From Gammaproteobacteria bacterium (GTDB lineage Bacteria > Pseudomonadota > Gammaproteobacteria > Eutrophobiales > Eutrophobiaceae), in assembly GCA_965222155.1 (NCBI GenBank), contig CBDCTH010000012.1, forward strand, positions 2,528,001 through 2,592,000: a stretch of DNA of 64,000 bases, read 5' to 3'. Every line of letters begins with the position of its first letter. Position 1 is the stretch's first letter. Made by a program: the position numbers and the translations under genes. The notes beneath the pieces were generated by a model. It had not been told where the DNA came from and did no database searches. It was given only the letters and a program-made list of their open reading frames with translations. This document shows positions 39,207 to 49,778 of this stretch, piece after piece.

Positions 39207-41276
39207 ATGACCGAAACAAAAGACTTATTGCTCGAAATTGGCGCGGAAGAGCTGCCGCCAAAGTCGTTGGCGCGCCTGGCGTCGGCCCTTGCCGACGGTA
39301 TCCACCAGGGATTACAGGACAAAGCCCTTGAGCACGGAGATTTTTCCTGGTTTGCCACCCCGCGCCGGCTTGCAGTCATAGTTCGCGACCTCGCAGTTAC
39401 CCAGGCGGATAGTCAGGTAGTAAAACGCGGACCGGCAACCGCTTCGGCATTTGACCAGGCAGGCAATCCCACCAAGGCAGCCGAGGGTTTTGCCCGCTCC
39501 TGTGGTGTAAAGGTGGAAGACCTGGAGCACCTGGAAACGGACAAGGGCAGTTGGTTGTCATACAAATTCCTGGCACAAGGGGCGCGAACCGACGAACTGG
39601 TGTCGGATATTATCAATCGAGCGCTTGCCGGATTACCCATATCCAAACGCATGCGCTGGGGTGATAACGACACCGAGTTTGTCCGACCCGTCCATTGGGT
39701 GGTGTTGCTGTTCGGCAGTGACGTTATCCGCACAACCATCCTGGGTATAGAAACAGGACGGGAAACCTGTGGCCACCGCTTTCACCATCCTGAAGCAATC
39801 AAATTATCCGATGCCGACGAGTATTTAAACAGGTTACTTACAGAGGGTCGTGTAATCGCCGACTTCAGCGAGAGAAAAAATCAAATCAGACAAGCCGTAA
39901 TCGAGTCTGGACAAGCTTGTGGCGGGCGGGCGCTGATCGATGAAGATTTACTGGATGAAGCAACCGCACTGGTGGAATGGCCCGTCGCCATAACCGGATC
40001 ATTCGATAATGATTTCCTTAAACTCCCTAAAGAGGTACTCATCGCGACCATGCAGTCACACCAGAAATATTTCCCCGTGCTGCATTCCGACACCGGTGAA
40101 TTGACTGCCGATTTTATCACTATAGCCAATATCGTCAGCGCGTCTCCTGACACAATCAAACGGGGAAATGAACGGGTTATCCGGCCGCGACTGAGTGATG
40201 CTGCGTTTTTCTGGGAGCGTGATCGCAAACAACCTCTGGAACATTTCAACCCACAAACAAACAAGGTCGTCTTCCAGCAAAAACTTGGAACTGTTGCAGA
40301 CAAAACCGCGCGCATCAAAAACCTCGGGGTATTTATTGCGGGACAACTGGGGGTCAAGCCAGACCTGGTAGAACGCGCGTCCTACCTGGCAAAATGCGAC
40401 TTGTTGACCGATATGGTCGGCGAGTTGCCGGAACTGCAAGGGATTATGGGACGCTATTATGCCTTGGAGAGTAATGAACACCCTGAAGTCGCCCAGGCGC
40501 TGGATGAACAGTATATGCCGAGGTATGCCGGTGCTGCTTTGCCGGAAACAGCCACGGGAAAGATACTCGCGCTGGCCGATAAACTGGATACCCTGGTCGG
40601 GATTTTTGCCGTCGGTAAGGCGCCCACCGGTGATAAGGATCCTTTCGGCCTGCGTCGCGCGGGTCTGGGGTGTTTGCGGATCATGATTGAATGCGCGTTG
40701 CCCCTGGACCTGGAAGCCTGTATAGCGCGTTCTTCCAGCACGTTTCCGGACGATATCAATGCCCGGTCAATCGCGTCTGAGGTGTTTGATTTTATGCTGG
40801 AGAGACTGCGGCGTTATTACCTCGATAACGGCGTCAGCCCCGCCGTATTCGACGCGGTACAGGCCTGCCGGCCGACGCAGCCCCATGATTTCAACCTGCG
40901 GGTGCTGGCAGTGGGTGAATTCCTGCAATTACCTGAATCAGACAGCCTGGTGACAGCCAACAAGCGTATCCGGAATATCCTGAGACAGGCAGAGTATACT
41001 GGTGAGACCGGCGCGGATGAAACATTGCTTGTTGAAAAAACGGAGATAGATCTCTATAAACAAATACATGCATGCGGGGCAGGGGAGCATATCGGACGCG
41101 GCGATTACGGCGCCGTGCTGTCTGCCCTGGCCGGCCTGAGAGATCATGTGGACGCCTTTTTTGATGAAGTCATGGTCTTGTGCGATGACATGAAACTGAG
41201 AAATAATCGTCTTGCCTTATTAAACGAGTTGAGAAAACTGTTCCTTACCAGCGCGGACATCTCCAGACTACAATGA
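39207..41276 (+). CDS. glyS: Glycine--tRNA ligase beta subunit
   Basis: LLEIGAEELPP, TPRRLA, FVRPVHW and DPFGLRR motifs. Confidence 0.97.
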   Translation: MTETKDLLLEIGAEELPPKSLARLASALADGIHQGLQDKALEHGDFSWFATPRRLAVIVRDLAVTQADSQVVKRGPATASAFDQAGNPTKAAEGFARSCGVKVEDLEHLETDKGSWLSYKFLAQGARTDELVSDIINRALAGLPISKRMRWGDNDTEFVRPVHWVVLLFGSDVIRTTILGIETGRETCGHRFHHPEAIKLSDADEYLNRLLTEGRVIADFSERKNQIRQAVIESGQACGGRALIDEDLLDEATALVEWPVAITGSFDNDFLKLPKEVLIATMQSHQKYFPVLHSDTGELTADFITIANIVSASPDTIKRGNERVIRPRLSDAAFFWERDRKQPLEHFNPQTNKVVFQQKLGTVADKTARIKNLGVFIAGQLGVKPDLVERASYLAKCDLLTDMVGELPELQGIMGRYYALESNEHPEVAQALDEQYMPRYAGAALPETATGKILALADKLDTLVGIFAVGKAPTGDKDPFGLRRAGLGCLRIMIECALPLDLEACIARSSSTFPDDINARSIASEVFDFMLERLRRYYLDNGVSPAVFDAVQACRPTQPHDFNLRVLAVGEFLQLPESDSLVTANKRIRNILRQAEYTGETGADETLLVEKTEIDLYKQIHACGAGEHIGRGDYGAVLSALAGLRDHVDAFFDEVMVLCDDMKLRNNRLALLNELRKLFLTSADISRLQ

Positions 41277-41812
41277 AACTCATCATACTCGATATGGATG
41301 GCGTGATTAACCGTGATTCGGATGACTATATCAAAACGGAACAGGAATGGGAGGCCATCCCCGGCAGCCTGCAGGCAATAGCGCGGCTTAATCATAGCGG
41401 TTTTCATGTCGTCACCGCGACCAATCAGTCAGGACTGGCCAGGGGCAAGCTGACGCTGAGAGAGTTGAACAGGATTCACAAGAAAATGCATACTCACCTG
41501 GCCCAGTACGGCGCTGTCATTGAGGCTGTTTTTTTCTGTCCCCATGACCCGGACGAGGGCTGCGCCTGCCGTAAACCCAAACCGGGATTGTTCAGGGAGA
41601 TTGAAAGAAGGCTGCATACGTCCCTGGACGGTGTTCCCGTCATAGGCGATCGGCTGAGTGACATCCAGGCTACGCAAGCCGTCGGCGCCAGGCCCATCCT
41701 GGTCAGGACCGGTAAAGGACAAGGACAACTGGATGAAGGCCTTATTCCGGACAACATTCCCGTCTATGATGATTTGGCGCAGGCGACATCGGCGTTACTT
41801 GCCGGGAAGTAA
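41273..41812 (+). CDS. gmhB: D-glycero-D-manno-heptose 1,7-bisphosphate phosphatase
   Basis: LDMDGVIN, TNQSG and CPH..C.CRKPKPG motifs; follows glyS. Confidence 0.92.
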   Translation: MKLIILDMDGVINRDSDDYIKTEQEWEAIPGSLQAIARLNHSGFHVVTATNQSGLARGKLTLRELNRIHKKMHTHLAQYGAVIEAVFFCPHDPDEGCACRKPKPGLFREIERRLHTSLDGVPVIGDRLSDIQATQAVGARPILVRTGKGQGQLDEGLIPDNIPVYDDLAQATSALLAGK

Positions 41813-41883
41813 CAATAATGAATTATACGGCTGGGATGATCATAATTAACCAGTCGACCATCCTTTGTTTGCAGGAATCCAAC

Positions 41884-41985
41884 GCCGTCATACCAGCGTA
41901 TGCCGTCATACCAGCGTATGCCATCATACCAGCGTATGCCATCATACCAGCGTATGCCGTCATACCGGCGTATGCCGGTATCCAG
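41884..41985. repeat. Five tandem 18-bp repeats ending in a REP-like hairpin
   Basis: GCC(G/A)TCATACC(A/G)GCGTAT x5, then GCCGGTATCCAG. Confidence 0.9.
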
Positions 41986-42091
41986 TCACGTAACCTATCC
42001 ATTTCTGTCCTCAGAACAGATAAGACACAGGTATGACCGAGCGCCTTGATGGAAAAGCAGGTGTCAGTCCTTTTATGCAGGATATGCCTGG

Positions 42092-42838
42092 ATGATCATT
42101 GTCAGGTCGTCAATATTCTTACTGGGAATGGTAATTTCTACCCTCATAGCGGTTCCCATTACCTTCCTCCTGCTGGCAGCGCCCTTCCCGTTCAGGTTTC
42201 GTCTGGTATCAAACTGGGCCAGGTTCAACCTCTGGTGGTTACGTATTACCTGTAACATAACACCAGAGATAGAAGGATTGGAAAATATTATCGACCAACC
42301 CGCCATCATCATGTGTAAACACCAGTCCACCTGGGAGACCCTGCTTATCCAGTTATTGTTCCCACCCCAGGTATGGATATTAAAACGGGAATTGTTGTGG
42401 ATCCCGATCTACGGCTGGGGTCTGGCAACCATGCGCCCCATTGCCATTGACCGATCTCTGGGAGTGCGCGCATTGAAACAGATCGTACGCCAGGGTGTGG
42501 AACGATTAAACGCCGGTTTATGGGTGGTGGTGTTTCCGGAAGGCACACGAATTGCGCCGGGTGAGCGGCAAAAATACCATCCCGGTGGCGGCCTGCTGGC
42601 GCAGAAATCAGGTTGTCCGGTAATCCCCATCGCGCACAATGCCGGTTACCTGTGGCCCCGCAACAGTTTTCTCAAATGGCCCGGTGTCATACGGATGGTC
42701 ATCGGCTCTCCCATACAATCCCAGGGCAAAAAGGCCGCGCAAATCACCCGGGAAGTTGAGGATTGGATCGAAACTACCGTGGCTACTTTGCCTGAGCCAA
42801 CGAACCAGAAGAATAACGGCAACTCTGGCAACCCATGA
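42092..42838 (+). CDS. plsC: 1-acyl-sn-glycerol-3-phosphate acyltransferase
   Basis: KHQSTWET and FPEGTR motifs; synteny with glyS-gmhB. Confidence 0.9.
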   Translation: MIIVRSSIFLLGMVISTLIAVPITFLLLAAPFPFRFRLVSNWARFNLWWLRITCNITPEIEGLENIIDQPAIIMCKHQSTWETLLIQLLFPPQVWILKRELLWIPIYGWGLATMRPIAIDRSLGVRALKQIVRQGVERLNAGLWVVVFPEGTRIAPGERQKYHPGGGLLAQKSGCPVIPIAHNAGYLWPRNSFLKWPGVIRMVIGSPIQSQGKKAAQITREVEDWIETTVATLPEPTNQKNNGNSGNP

Positions 42839-43659
42839 ATAAACAAGACGGGAAGCCCAGAAAAGATGGCGAGTACCTGAGCACTCTTGCTCGGGGTCTG
42901 TCCGTACTTCGCTCGTTCACCAAGGAACGACCGGAAATGACATTGAGCGAAGTTGCCGCATACACGAATCTAAGTCCCGCCGTGGCCCGACGTTGTCTTA
43001 ACACCCTGGTTCAATTGGGTTACGTTGGGAAAAGAGGTAAATTGTTTCTATTGACGCCCGAAGTAATGGGTTTTGCCTCCGCTTTTCTGGAATCCGTAAA
43101 CCTGGAAGAAGTCGCGCGGCCGTATCTACAGGAAGTCCGGGACAGTACCGGAGACAGTTCCTCACTGGCGGTATTATCACATCTTGACATTTTATACCTG
43201 GTTCATGTTTCAACAAACCGCATGATCAGGCTCGATGCCGGCTTCGGCACGCGCTTTCCTGCTTATTCTACGTCCCTGGGTCGTGTCCTTATCGCCCACC
43301 AGACAGATAAATACATTGACGATTATCTCAGACGGGTCAAACCTGAGAAACTCACCAATAAAACCGTGACATCCAAGGTTCAACTCCGAAAAATTCTGAA
43401 CAAGTGCAGGCGCTACGGTTTCACTTCAACCCAGGATGAATTGGATTATGGGATTGTGTCTGTGGCTGTGCCCGTATTCGATAACGACGGTGAGATTCTC
43501 GCAGCAATAAACTGTTCAACCGCGACGACCCGCGTTAACCAGGAGGAGATGATCGAGACCCGCTTACCTCACCTGATGACGGCGGCAAAAAAAATCGAGC
43601 AGGAACTACGCCGTTATCCGATCCTGGTCCACTCAATCAAGAGCGCCTCTTCCCGATGA
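42835..43659 (+). CDS. IclR family regulator (PcaR/PobR-like)
   Basis: LARGLSVLRSF..TLSEVA HTH; PAYSTSLGRV effector domain. Confidence 0.92.
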   Translation: MNKQDGKPRKDGEYLSTLARGLSVLRSFTKERPEMTLSEVAAYTNLSPAVARRCLNTLVQLGYVGKRGKLFLLTPEVMGFASAFLESVNLEEVARPYLQEVRDSTGDSSSLAVLSHLDILYLVHVSTNRMIRLDAGFGTRFPAYSTSLGRVLIAHQTDKYIDDYLRRVKPEKLTNKTVTSKVQLRKILNKCRRYGFTSTQDELDYGIVSVAVPVFDNDGEILAAINCSTATTRVNQEEMIETRLPHLMTAAKKIEQELRRYPILVHSIKSASSR

Positions 43660-44487
43660 GGGTGCATATTCGTCAACACCGGCACAAAAGCGTATCACCT
43701 GTTCGTTGTATAAATCCGGCTCGGTGAGATTACTCAGGTGGCCACTGTGTTCAAAAACGATCTCTCGACAATCCGGGATAATCTCGAGTAATTTTTGCGC
43801 GTGCGCACGCAGTCTGCTGATTTCGTTTGCCCCGGTCAGGAGCAGGGTCGGAGCAGCGAATTCAGCGAGTTTCCCCAATACATCCTGCGAAAAAGCGAAA
43901 CTATCCGCTGAGAAATTCATCATATCTGCGCCGGTGTAAGAACCCAGGATTTCATCAAGCAGACGGTGGACGGTCTCGTACCGGGGGTCCAGATTCATCA
44001 AGGGATGACGGAGCCAGCGCTGACGCATGATGTCCGTTTTTCCGGCGCGAATCAACTCTGCATACTCTGCGAAGGGTATGCGTTCATTTTCTGGTTCATC
44101 GACAACCAGGCCGTCTACAACCGCCCCCTGCAGAATCAGGGAACGCAGGCGTTGTGGCCGGGTAACCGCATAGCGCAACGCAAGCCGCGCGCCCTGGGAC
44201 ATGCCCAGCAGGTGTATGGTGTCAAGCGACAAGGCGTCGGCAATCCTGTCCACATCATCCAGTTCCAGCTTAAGGTCCGGGGCTGCTGTTGATTGGCCAA
44301 AGCCGCGACGATCATAACTGATGACGTGGAAGCATTCACTGAGACGAGGTATCTGAGGTTCGAACATGCGCTGATCCAGGGCCCAACCGTGCATGAGCAA
44401 TAGTGGCGACCCTTCACCCGCCTGCCGGAGGTAGAGTTTTCCTCCATTGACCTTGATCCACATCGTTTTGTTTCCGACCGTGACCAT
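43633..44487 (-). CDS. Alpha/beta fold hydrolase
   Basis: HGW, DRRGFGQS, GMSQG nucleophile elbow and GH motif. Confidence 0.9.
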   Translation of the reverse strand: MVTVGNKTMWIKVNGGKLYLRQAGEGSPLLLMHGWALDQRMFEPQIPRLSECFHVISYDRRGFGQSTAAPDLKLELDDVDRIADALSLDTIHLLGMSQGARLALRYAVTRPQRLRSLILQGAVVDGLVVDEPENERIPFAEYAELIRAGKTDIMRQRWLRHPLMNLDPRYETVHRLLDEILGSYTGADMMNFSADSFAFSQDVLGKLAEFAAPTLLLTGANEISRLRAHAQKLLEIIPDCREIVFEHSGHLSNLTEPDLYNEQVIRFCAGVDEYAPSSGRGALD

Positions 44488-44495
44488 CGTTGGGA

Positions 44496-45266
44496 TCAGT
44501 CCTGGTAAGTGATACGCTCCTGTGCAGCAAACCACAGGTCATGCCCGATTGGATTGTTCATCTCCTCAAACAGGTGTCCCACCAGGCCGGCACAGCGTGC
44601 AATCAGCACGATACCGCGCATCAGGGAGGCCGGCACGCCAGCTTCGCCAAGCACTGCCGCGATAGCTGCGCTGACGTTCATAACGAGCGGTTTGTTGATG
44701 ACCTCCTGTACGGCAGCTTCAAGGATTTCGAGTGCGCTGAGATATTCACCGTTCACGCCGATCTCTCTCGCAACTTCCAAAAGACGACCGACCCGCAGGT
44801 CGCCCCCATGATGAATGGGGTGGCCGAAACCGGGGACCGGACGACGTATCTGCCGGTATGACCTGACCTTCTCAATCGCTATGGATTTTCGTTCCGCCGC
44901 CGTTGCCGCGACGATATCTTCGAGCAACTCACCGCATTCACCGGCAGTGCCGGCGTAGCGGTCTCCAACACCCAGCAATCCGGCAACTACCGCGCCCTGA
45001 AATGATTCAGGCGCGCCATGGTGGGTCAATCTGGTGGCAATGGAAGACGGCACCAGACCGTGCTCCATGATGGTTACCAGCACGGCATCGATGATCCGGG
45101 ATTGCATTTTGGTTGGTTCTTTGCCGAGCGCCTGCAGCAATAACAATTCAGTAAACGAATACTTCCCAATGAGTTCGTTCACGAGATTCCTGCCGCGGAT
45201 CAATACGTTTTCCTCATCAAACCCGCAGATAGCCGTACTGGGCGGCGGCTTGTCTTTGTCAGTCAT
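44496..45266 (-). CDS. Citryl-CoA lyase / citrate synthase-like protein
   Basis: EHG..PS, PVPGFGHP.H, MNV..AIAA and RCAGLVGH motifs. Confidence 0.85.
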   Translation of the reverse strand: MTDKDKPPPSTAICGFDEENVLIRGRNLVNELIGKYSFTELLLLQALGKEPTKMQSRIIDAVLVTIMEHGLVPSSIATRLTHHGAPESFQGAVVAGLLGVGDRYAGTAGECGELLEDIVAATAAERKSIAIEKVRSYRQIRRPVPGFGHPIHHGGDLRVGRLLEVAREIGVNGEYLSALEILEAAVQEVINKPLVMNVSAAIAAVLGEAGVPASLMRGIVLIARCAGLVGHLFEEMNNPIGHDLWFAAQERITYQD

Positions 45267-45377
45267 CAAAGTCCTCCTGTCCTGAAAATATGGGAGCCAC
45301 ATGTTGCAGGCACAAAAAATTCACTATAGCACAATCGAATCGTGCAGCGACGCCCTGGTTTCATGTTCCAAAAAAAC

Positions 45378-45422
45378 ATTTCGTATATCGAAGTTGACTT
45401 CGATATACGAAATTGTTATCGT
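45378..45422 (+). promoter_or_regulatory. Perfect 17-bp inverted repeat (probable IclR operator) overlapping a sigma70 promoter
   Basis: ATTTCGTATATCGAAGT-TG-ACTTCGATATACGAAAT; TTGACT (45394) - 17 nt - TATCGT (45417). Confidence 0.7.
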
Positions 45423-45484
45423 ATACCAAACTGGGATAGTAATATCCTGAGCATGAATAAACGGAAACCGTGAGACAGTAACAA

Positions 45485-46027
45485 ATGAACACAAAACTGA
45501 AAATTTCCGGCCGTCTTCACCATAATGCGCACGTTACAACGGACATGGAAGCCGTAAGAAAATTCTACGAGGAGATCATCGGTGCTCCGCTGGTGGCAAC
45601 CTGGTGTGAAAAAACCGATTTGTTCGGTAAAGAGCGAACCTACATGCATTGTTTCTTTGAAATAGGCGGTGGTGAATGCCTGGCATTTTTTCAATTTGCC
45701 GATGAAGATAACCGGCGTGAATTCGGACCGGAGTTGCCACTCTCAGGCTTTCGTCACCTCGCCATGAAAGTCGACCAGGAGACCCAGGATGGCATCCGTG
45801 ATCGCCTGGCGGCCGCCGGATACAAAGAACCGGACACATACATTCTGAACCATGGGTACTGCTACTCGCTGTACGTGCTTGATCCTGCGCAGCTTCTGAT
45901 TGAATTTACTGTTGACCATGAAGATGTCGAACAAATAAACACGGACCAGCGCGACAAGGCCCATAGCGAACTCAAGCGCTGGCTGGCTGGAGACCACTCC
46001 CCGAATAACGAAGCGTATCACCGGTAA
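45485..46027 (+). CDS. VOC/glyoxalase family protein
   Basis: RLHHNA, HLA and HGYCYSLYVLDP..IE motifs. Confidence 0.85.
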   Translation: MNTKLKISGRLHHNAHVTTDMEAVRKFYEEIIGAPLVATWCEKTDLFGKERTYMHCFFEIGGGECLAFFQFADEDNRREFGPELPLSGFRHLAMKVDQETQDGIRDRLAAAGYKEPDTYILNHGYCYSLYVLDPAQLLIEFTVDHEDVEQINTDQRDKAHSELKRWLAGDHSPNNEAYHR

Positions 46028-46085
46028 AACCATCTGGAAAAAACTTGAGAACGACTATCCCAAACAACTGCAGAAAGCCGGCGCC

Positions 46086-47426
46086 ATGATGTATGACCAA
46101 GACATTGAAACTCGCCCGGTAGAGGAACAATTCTCACTGGATCGGGAAAGCTATCGAAAACAAATCCGATACTTATTCAACCAGTCCGCTTTTTACCAGC
46201 GAAAACTGAATGGGGCCGGCTTTCAAAATCCTGCTGAGGTGGGCGAGTTGGATAATATTGCCAGTCTCCCGTTTACGGAAAAAGACGAGATTCGAGCGAC
46301 TCAAGCAGCCTCTCCCCCATTCGGGGATCACCTGGCCTGCCCCCCGGAAGAACTGTTGCGGGTCTACAATACCAGCGGCACGACAGGGGTGCCGTCCCGT
46401 CTTGGACTAACGCGTAACGACCTGGACGTTTACGCAACAAACGTAGCCCGAGGTTATACCGCGGCCGGCTTCGCGACAGGGCAACGCATCGTTGTCGGGT
46501 TTAACGCCGGACCGTTCGTTGCGGGAGCAGTTTACAATGGTTTTGACAAATTACGCTGTACGATAATACCCATAGGGACCGGCAACATGGAGCGACTGGT
46601 CTCTGCTATCCAGACATTAAAGGCAACAGGCATCAGCTGCACCCCTTCCTATGGACTGTATCTTATCGATTGGTGTCGACAGCATAACATCAAGACTCAA
46701 ACCCTGGGGCTCAAAAATATGATCACCGCGGGCGAACCGGGAGGCAGTGACCCGTTGATTCGCAGCCGAATTGAGGACGCCTTCGGCTGTAAAGTACGTG
46801 AGGCCATGGGGATCGGCGATATTTCACTAACGGTATGGGCTGAGGACAATGACGCTGATGGAATGCACTTTATGGCGCGCGGCTTTGTCCACATTGAACT
46901 CATCGATCCTGACAGCGGCGCTCCACTGGCCTGGGAAGACGGCGTGAAAGGAGAGTTGGTTTACACGGCTCTGCAACGCGAAGCGATGCCGTTGTTGCGC
47001 TTCCGGAGTCGCGATCACGTCATAGTGAACATGAAACCCAATCCGCTTGGCCGAACCGGCCCCAGAATACGCTGCGTGGGCCGCACTGACGATATGCTCA
47101 TCGTGCGCGGCGTCAATGTATTTCCGTCCGCAATCCGTAGCGTACTCAAGCAGTTCACCCCTGAAGTATCGGGCATGATGCAAGTAAGGCCGAAACAAAA
47201 AGGAGTCACGCAAACACCGCCTCTCCCGGTCGTGGTTGAACTTGGCGATAACGGCGCCCCGCCGTCCAATCATTTACAACAGCGCATCGTCGATGAGGTT
47301 AGATCGCGTCTCCTTGTCAAAACCGATATTAAGCTTGTGTCTTACGGGACGCTGCCCCGTGAAACGTACAAATCCAGACTTATCGACTATTCCGATGTAA
47401 CGCCGGTCGAGGTTGTATCAACATGA
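46086..47426 (+). CDS. Phenylacetate-CoA ligase family (PaaK-like) protein
   Basis: TSGTTG, AGEPG and GRTDDMLIVRGVNVFP motifs. Confidence 0.9.
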   Translation: MMYDQDIETRPVEEQFSLDRESYRKQIRYLFNQSAFYQRKLNGAGFQNPAEVGELDNIASLPFTEKDEIRATQAASPPFGDHLACPPEELLRVYNTSGTTGVPSRLGLTRNDLDVYATNVARGYTAAGFATGQRIVVGFNAGPFVAGAVYNGFDKLRCTIIPIGTGNMERLVSAIQTLKATGISCTPSYGLYLIDWCRQHNIKTQTLGLKNMITAGEPGGSDPLIRSRIEDAFGCKVREAMGIGDISLTVWAEDNDADGMHFMARGFVHIELIDPDSGAPLAWEDGVKGELVYTALQREAMPLLRFRSRDHVIVNMKPNPLGRTGPRIRCVGRTDDMLIVRGVNVFPSAIRSVLKQFTPEVSGMMQVRPKQKGVTQTPPLPVVVELGDNGAPPSNHLQQRIVDEVRSRLLVKTDIKLVSYGTLPRETYKSRLIDYSDVTPVEVVST

Positions 47427-47481
47427 AATCAATATATTCGAATAGGGTCGCTATCGACCTGCCGCCGCAGGGTAACGACTG

Positions 47482-47755
47482 ATGTGGCCCTTCGGTGACG
47501 GCGAAGATTTCCTTGAGAATCAGTGGTATGTGGCGGCGTGGAGCAACGAGGTCAGTTCAGATAAACCGTTTGAGCGATGGATCTGCGGACAACCGGTGGT
47601 TTTCTACCGCGACCAGGAAGGAAAGGCTGTCGCCCTGCACGGGCGCTGCCCGCACCGCAACTTCCCGCTGAGCAAGGCCCGCATCCGCGGCAACATACTG
47701 GAGTGCGGCTACCACGGTCTCCAGTTCGATCCCGACGGCAACTGCGTGCAAACAC
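47482..47755 (+). pseudogene. Rieske oxygenase (VanA-like) N-terminus, truncated
   Basis: NQWYVAAW, CPHR and CGYHG Rieske motifs; the frame then runs into transposase sequence. Confidence 0.85.
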
Positions 47756-48305
47756 ACGCACCAGGGACGTTTGCCGCAGGAATTGGCCGCGGCCGGTATT
47801 ACCACGATGAACGCCGCCAATGCGTATCTGCGGGATGTCTACCTGCCGGCGTTTAATGCCGAGTTTGCCCATCCGTCCCGGGAGGCCGGCTCAGCCTTCG
47901 TGCCCTGCCCGCAGTCAGTGGTACTGGATGACAGCCTGTGTGAGCATGTTGCGCGAACCGTGAGCAAGGACAACTGCGTGCGTGTAGACGGCCTGGTATT
48001 ACAGCTTCCAGCTGACCGGCATCGCTATCACTACATCAAGGCCAAGGTGAAGGTCGCTCGTCCCCTGCTCAACGCCCTGCAGGGGCAGGCTCTGGGACGG
48101 CACCCTGAGCCTGTTCCATGGCCCCCGGCGCTTGGCACGATGCGATGCGCAAGGACAGCTCATAGCCGATGAACTACCGACTGCTGCGTAATGTCCGCCG
48201 CACAGTCGGCATTGGAATCTCGATCCTTCAGGAGCGATTCAGTGTGAAGACAAAAGCGGACAATTCATTTGTTACAGAAGCGGACAAATCTATTTGTTGA
48301 CAACA
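47756..48305 (+). mobile_element. 3' remnant of an IS transposase (ISNCY-like) with its right end
   Basis: THQGRLPQEL..GITT..AANAYL and RTVSKDNCV motifs; repeated AAGCGGACAA subterminal motifs ending TTGACAACA. Confidence 0.7.
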
Positions 48306-48563
48306 AAATATAAAATATTATTTGACAATATTACCTATTGTTATAAAGTATATGTAACCACACCGTTGGTATGCCCATCTTCCCTGCATGCAGCAGGCAG
48401 GGAAAGGAGGGAGCCACGGCCCGACAGCCGCCACTAACGCGGCTGTTCTTTTTTGTGTTGCTCATTCTCCGGGTAATCAATTCCTTCTTCGTGCAGACTT
48501 CCTGTGATCGCGCGTGGCGTCACAATGTTCTTGGCGCCCCATTTCTTCAACAGAGTGTCAAGG

Positions 48564-49706
48564 CTATTCCAGTCCCGTCAGTCGTTCGATGAACCGGGCC
48601 TTGCGAGAATGTCGGGAGCGAAGTGCGCGAAGACGTTCTGAATAGGTTTTCAACGTGTTGTCTTCCTCGGCCAGGACACGAAGATCGGTAAGCAGCTCCG
48701 TTGCGCGTTCATACCCGTTTGCATTACGTTTTTCGATCTCTCTTTCGATCTCATTCCAGACAGACAGGCCCCGTCGCTTGACGATACTCAGACGTGCGCG
48801 CCGCGCCTTTTCAGCTGCGCGCACCTGTTGCTGCCGTAGCGCTTCCAGCCGCTCAGCTTCGGCAGCTTCACGCGCCTTGCCTATTTCTGCGGCACGGGCG
48901 CGCAGGGCCGACACTGTTCGGCGCCTCTCCTGTATTTCACCCGTGGCGAGTGCTAGCGCCTCCCGAACCCTGCTCCGAACCTCCGCCGCCACATAAGGAT
49001 CACCCTCTGCCAGACGCTCTAATAAGGCTTCCTTTTCCTTGTTCGGAATCCCTGAGATGGCTGCGCGGGTCGCGACTTCCGGAAGGACAGAAGCGCCTGC
49101 GTATGGAGACTCCTCAGCGGCAGCCTGCACGAGATCGGGGTCTATACGGAAGAAATCTGCGAATGCTTCGAGGCTGTCGCTAAGCGGGCCGATACCCGCC
49201 AGGGGTTCCTTCTCGTCGTCTTTCAGGTCCTTCCTTTGCGCCATCATAAGCCAGAGGAGGTAGAACATCCTCCAATCGCCTGAAAGCAGGTCAGCCCGTA
49301 GCGGCGCCAATGTGCCGAGCCAACCAGAACCATCGTCATCCCAATCAGTAAATTCCGAAGGTTCATCGTCGTCGTATATGTCGATGATCAGGTTCTCACC
49401 CGACGCCCGTATATCGACACCATCGACGTCGTGTAGGAACACATCGAGTCGGGTATGGTTAACCAATCGTTTCGGTAACCGGATCATCAGCCGGCGTGAC
49501 CCCCAGTTCGCGAGATACAGGTGCAAGTCGAACCAGCGCTCCATCAACCGCCTAGGGTCGCCCCTGAAGTTACCCCAATCATAGTGATTGGTAAAGCTCG
49601 TGGCCGTGATGCGTGCTCTGGTAGACAATGCTCGCAGTGCCTCCATATCCTGCTTGTCAAGGGGTCGATCGACTGCCTGGAACTCGTAATACTGGTATTC
49701 GCTCAA
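48564..49706 (-). CDS. Conserved hypothetical protein (MSEYQYYEF..DRPL family)
   Basis: 380-aa ORF with a distinctive N-terminus and coiled-coil C-terminus; function unknown. Confidence 0.75.
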   Translation of the reverse strand: MSEYQYYEFQAVDRPLDKQDMEALRALSTRARITATSFTNHYDWGNFRGDPRRLMERWFDLHLYLANWGSRRLMIRLPKRLVNHTRLDVFLHDVDGVDIRASGENLIIDIYDDDEPSEFTDWDDDGSGWLGTLAPLRADLLSGDWRMFYLLWLMMAQRKDLKDDEKEPLAGIGPLSDSLEAFADFFRIDPDLVQAAAEESPYAGASVLPEVATRAAISGIPNKEKEALLERLAEGDPYVAAEVRSRVREALALATGEIQERRRTVSALRARAAEIGKAREAAEAERLEALRQQQVRAAEKARRARLSIVKRRGLSVWNEIEREIEKRNANGYERATELLTDLRVLAEEDNTLKTYSERLRALRSRHSRKARFIERLTGLE

Positions 49707-49778
49707 GAACGGCCCTCCCCATTATTAACAGCGACTTACTGGCAGAAACCTGATTATTCTACCATCGATTAACAGGAC

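Noticed and set aside
41884-41985. Possible CRISPR array, or the 72-aa ORF with VIPAYA repeats
   Set aside because: The repeats are contiguous with no spacers and no cas genes are present; the ORF is just the translated repeat.
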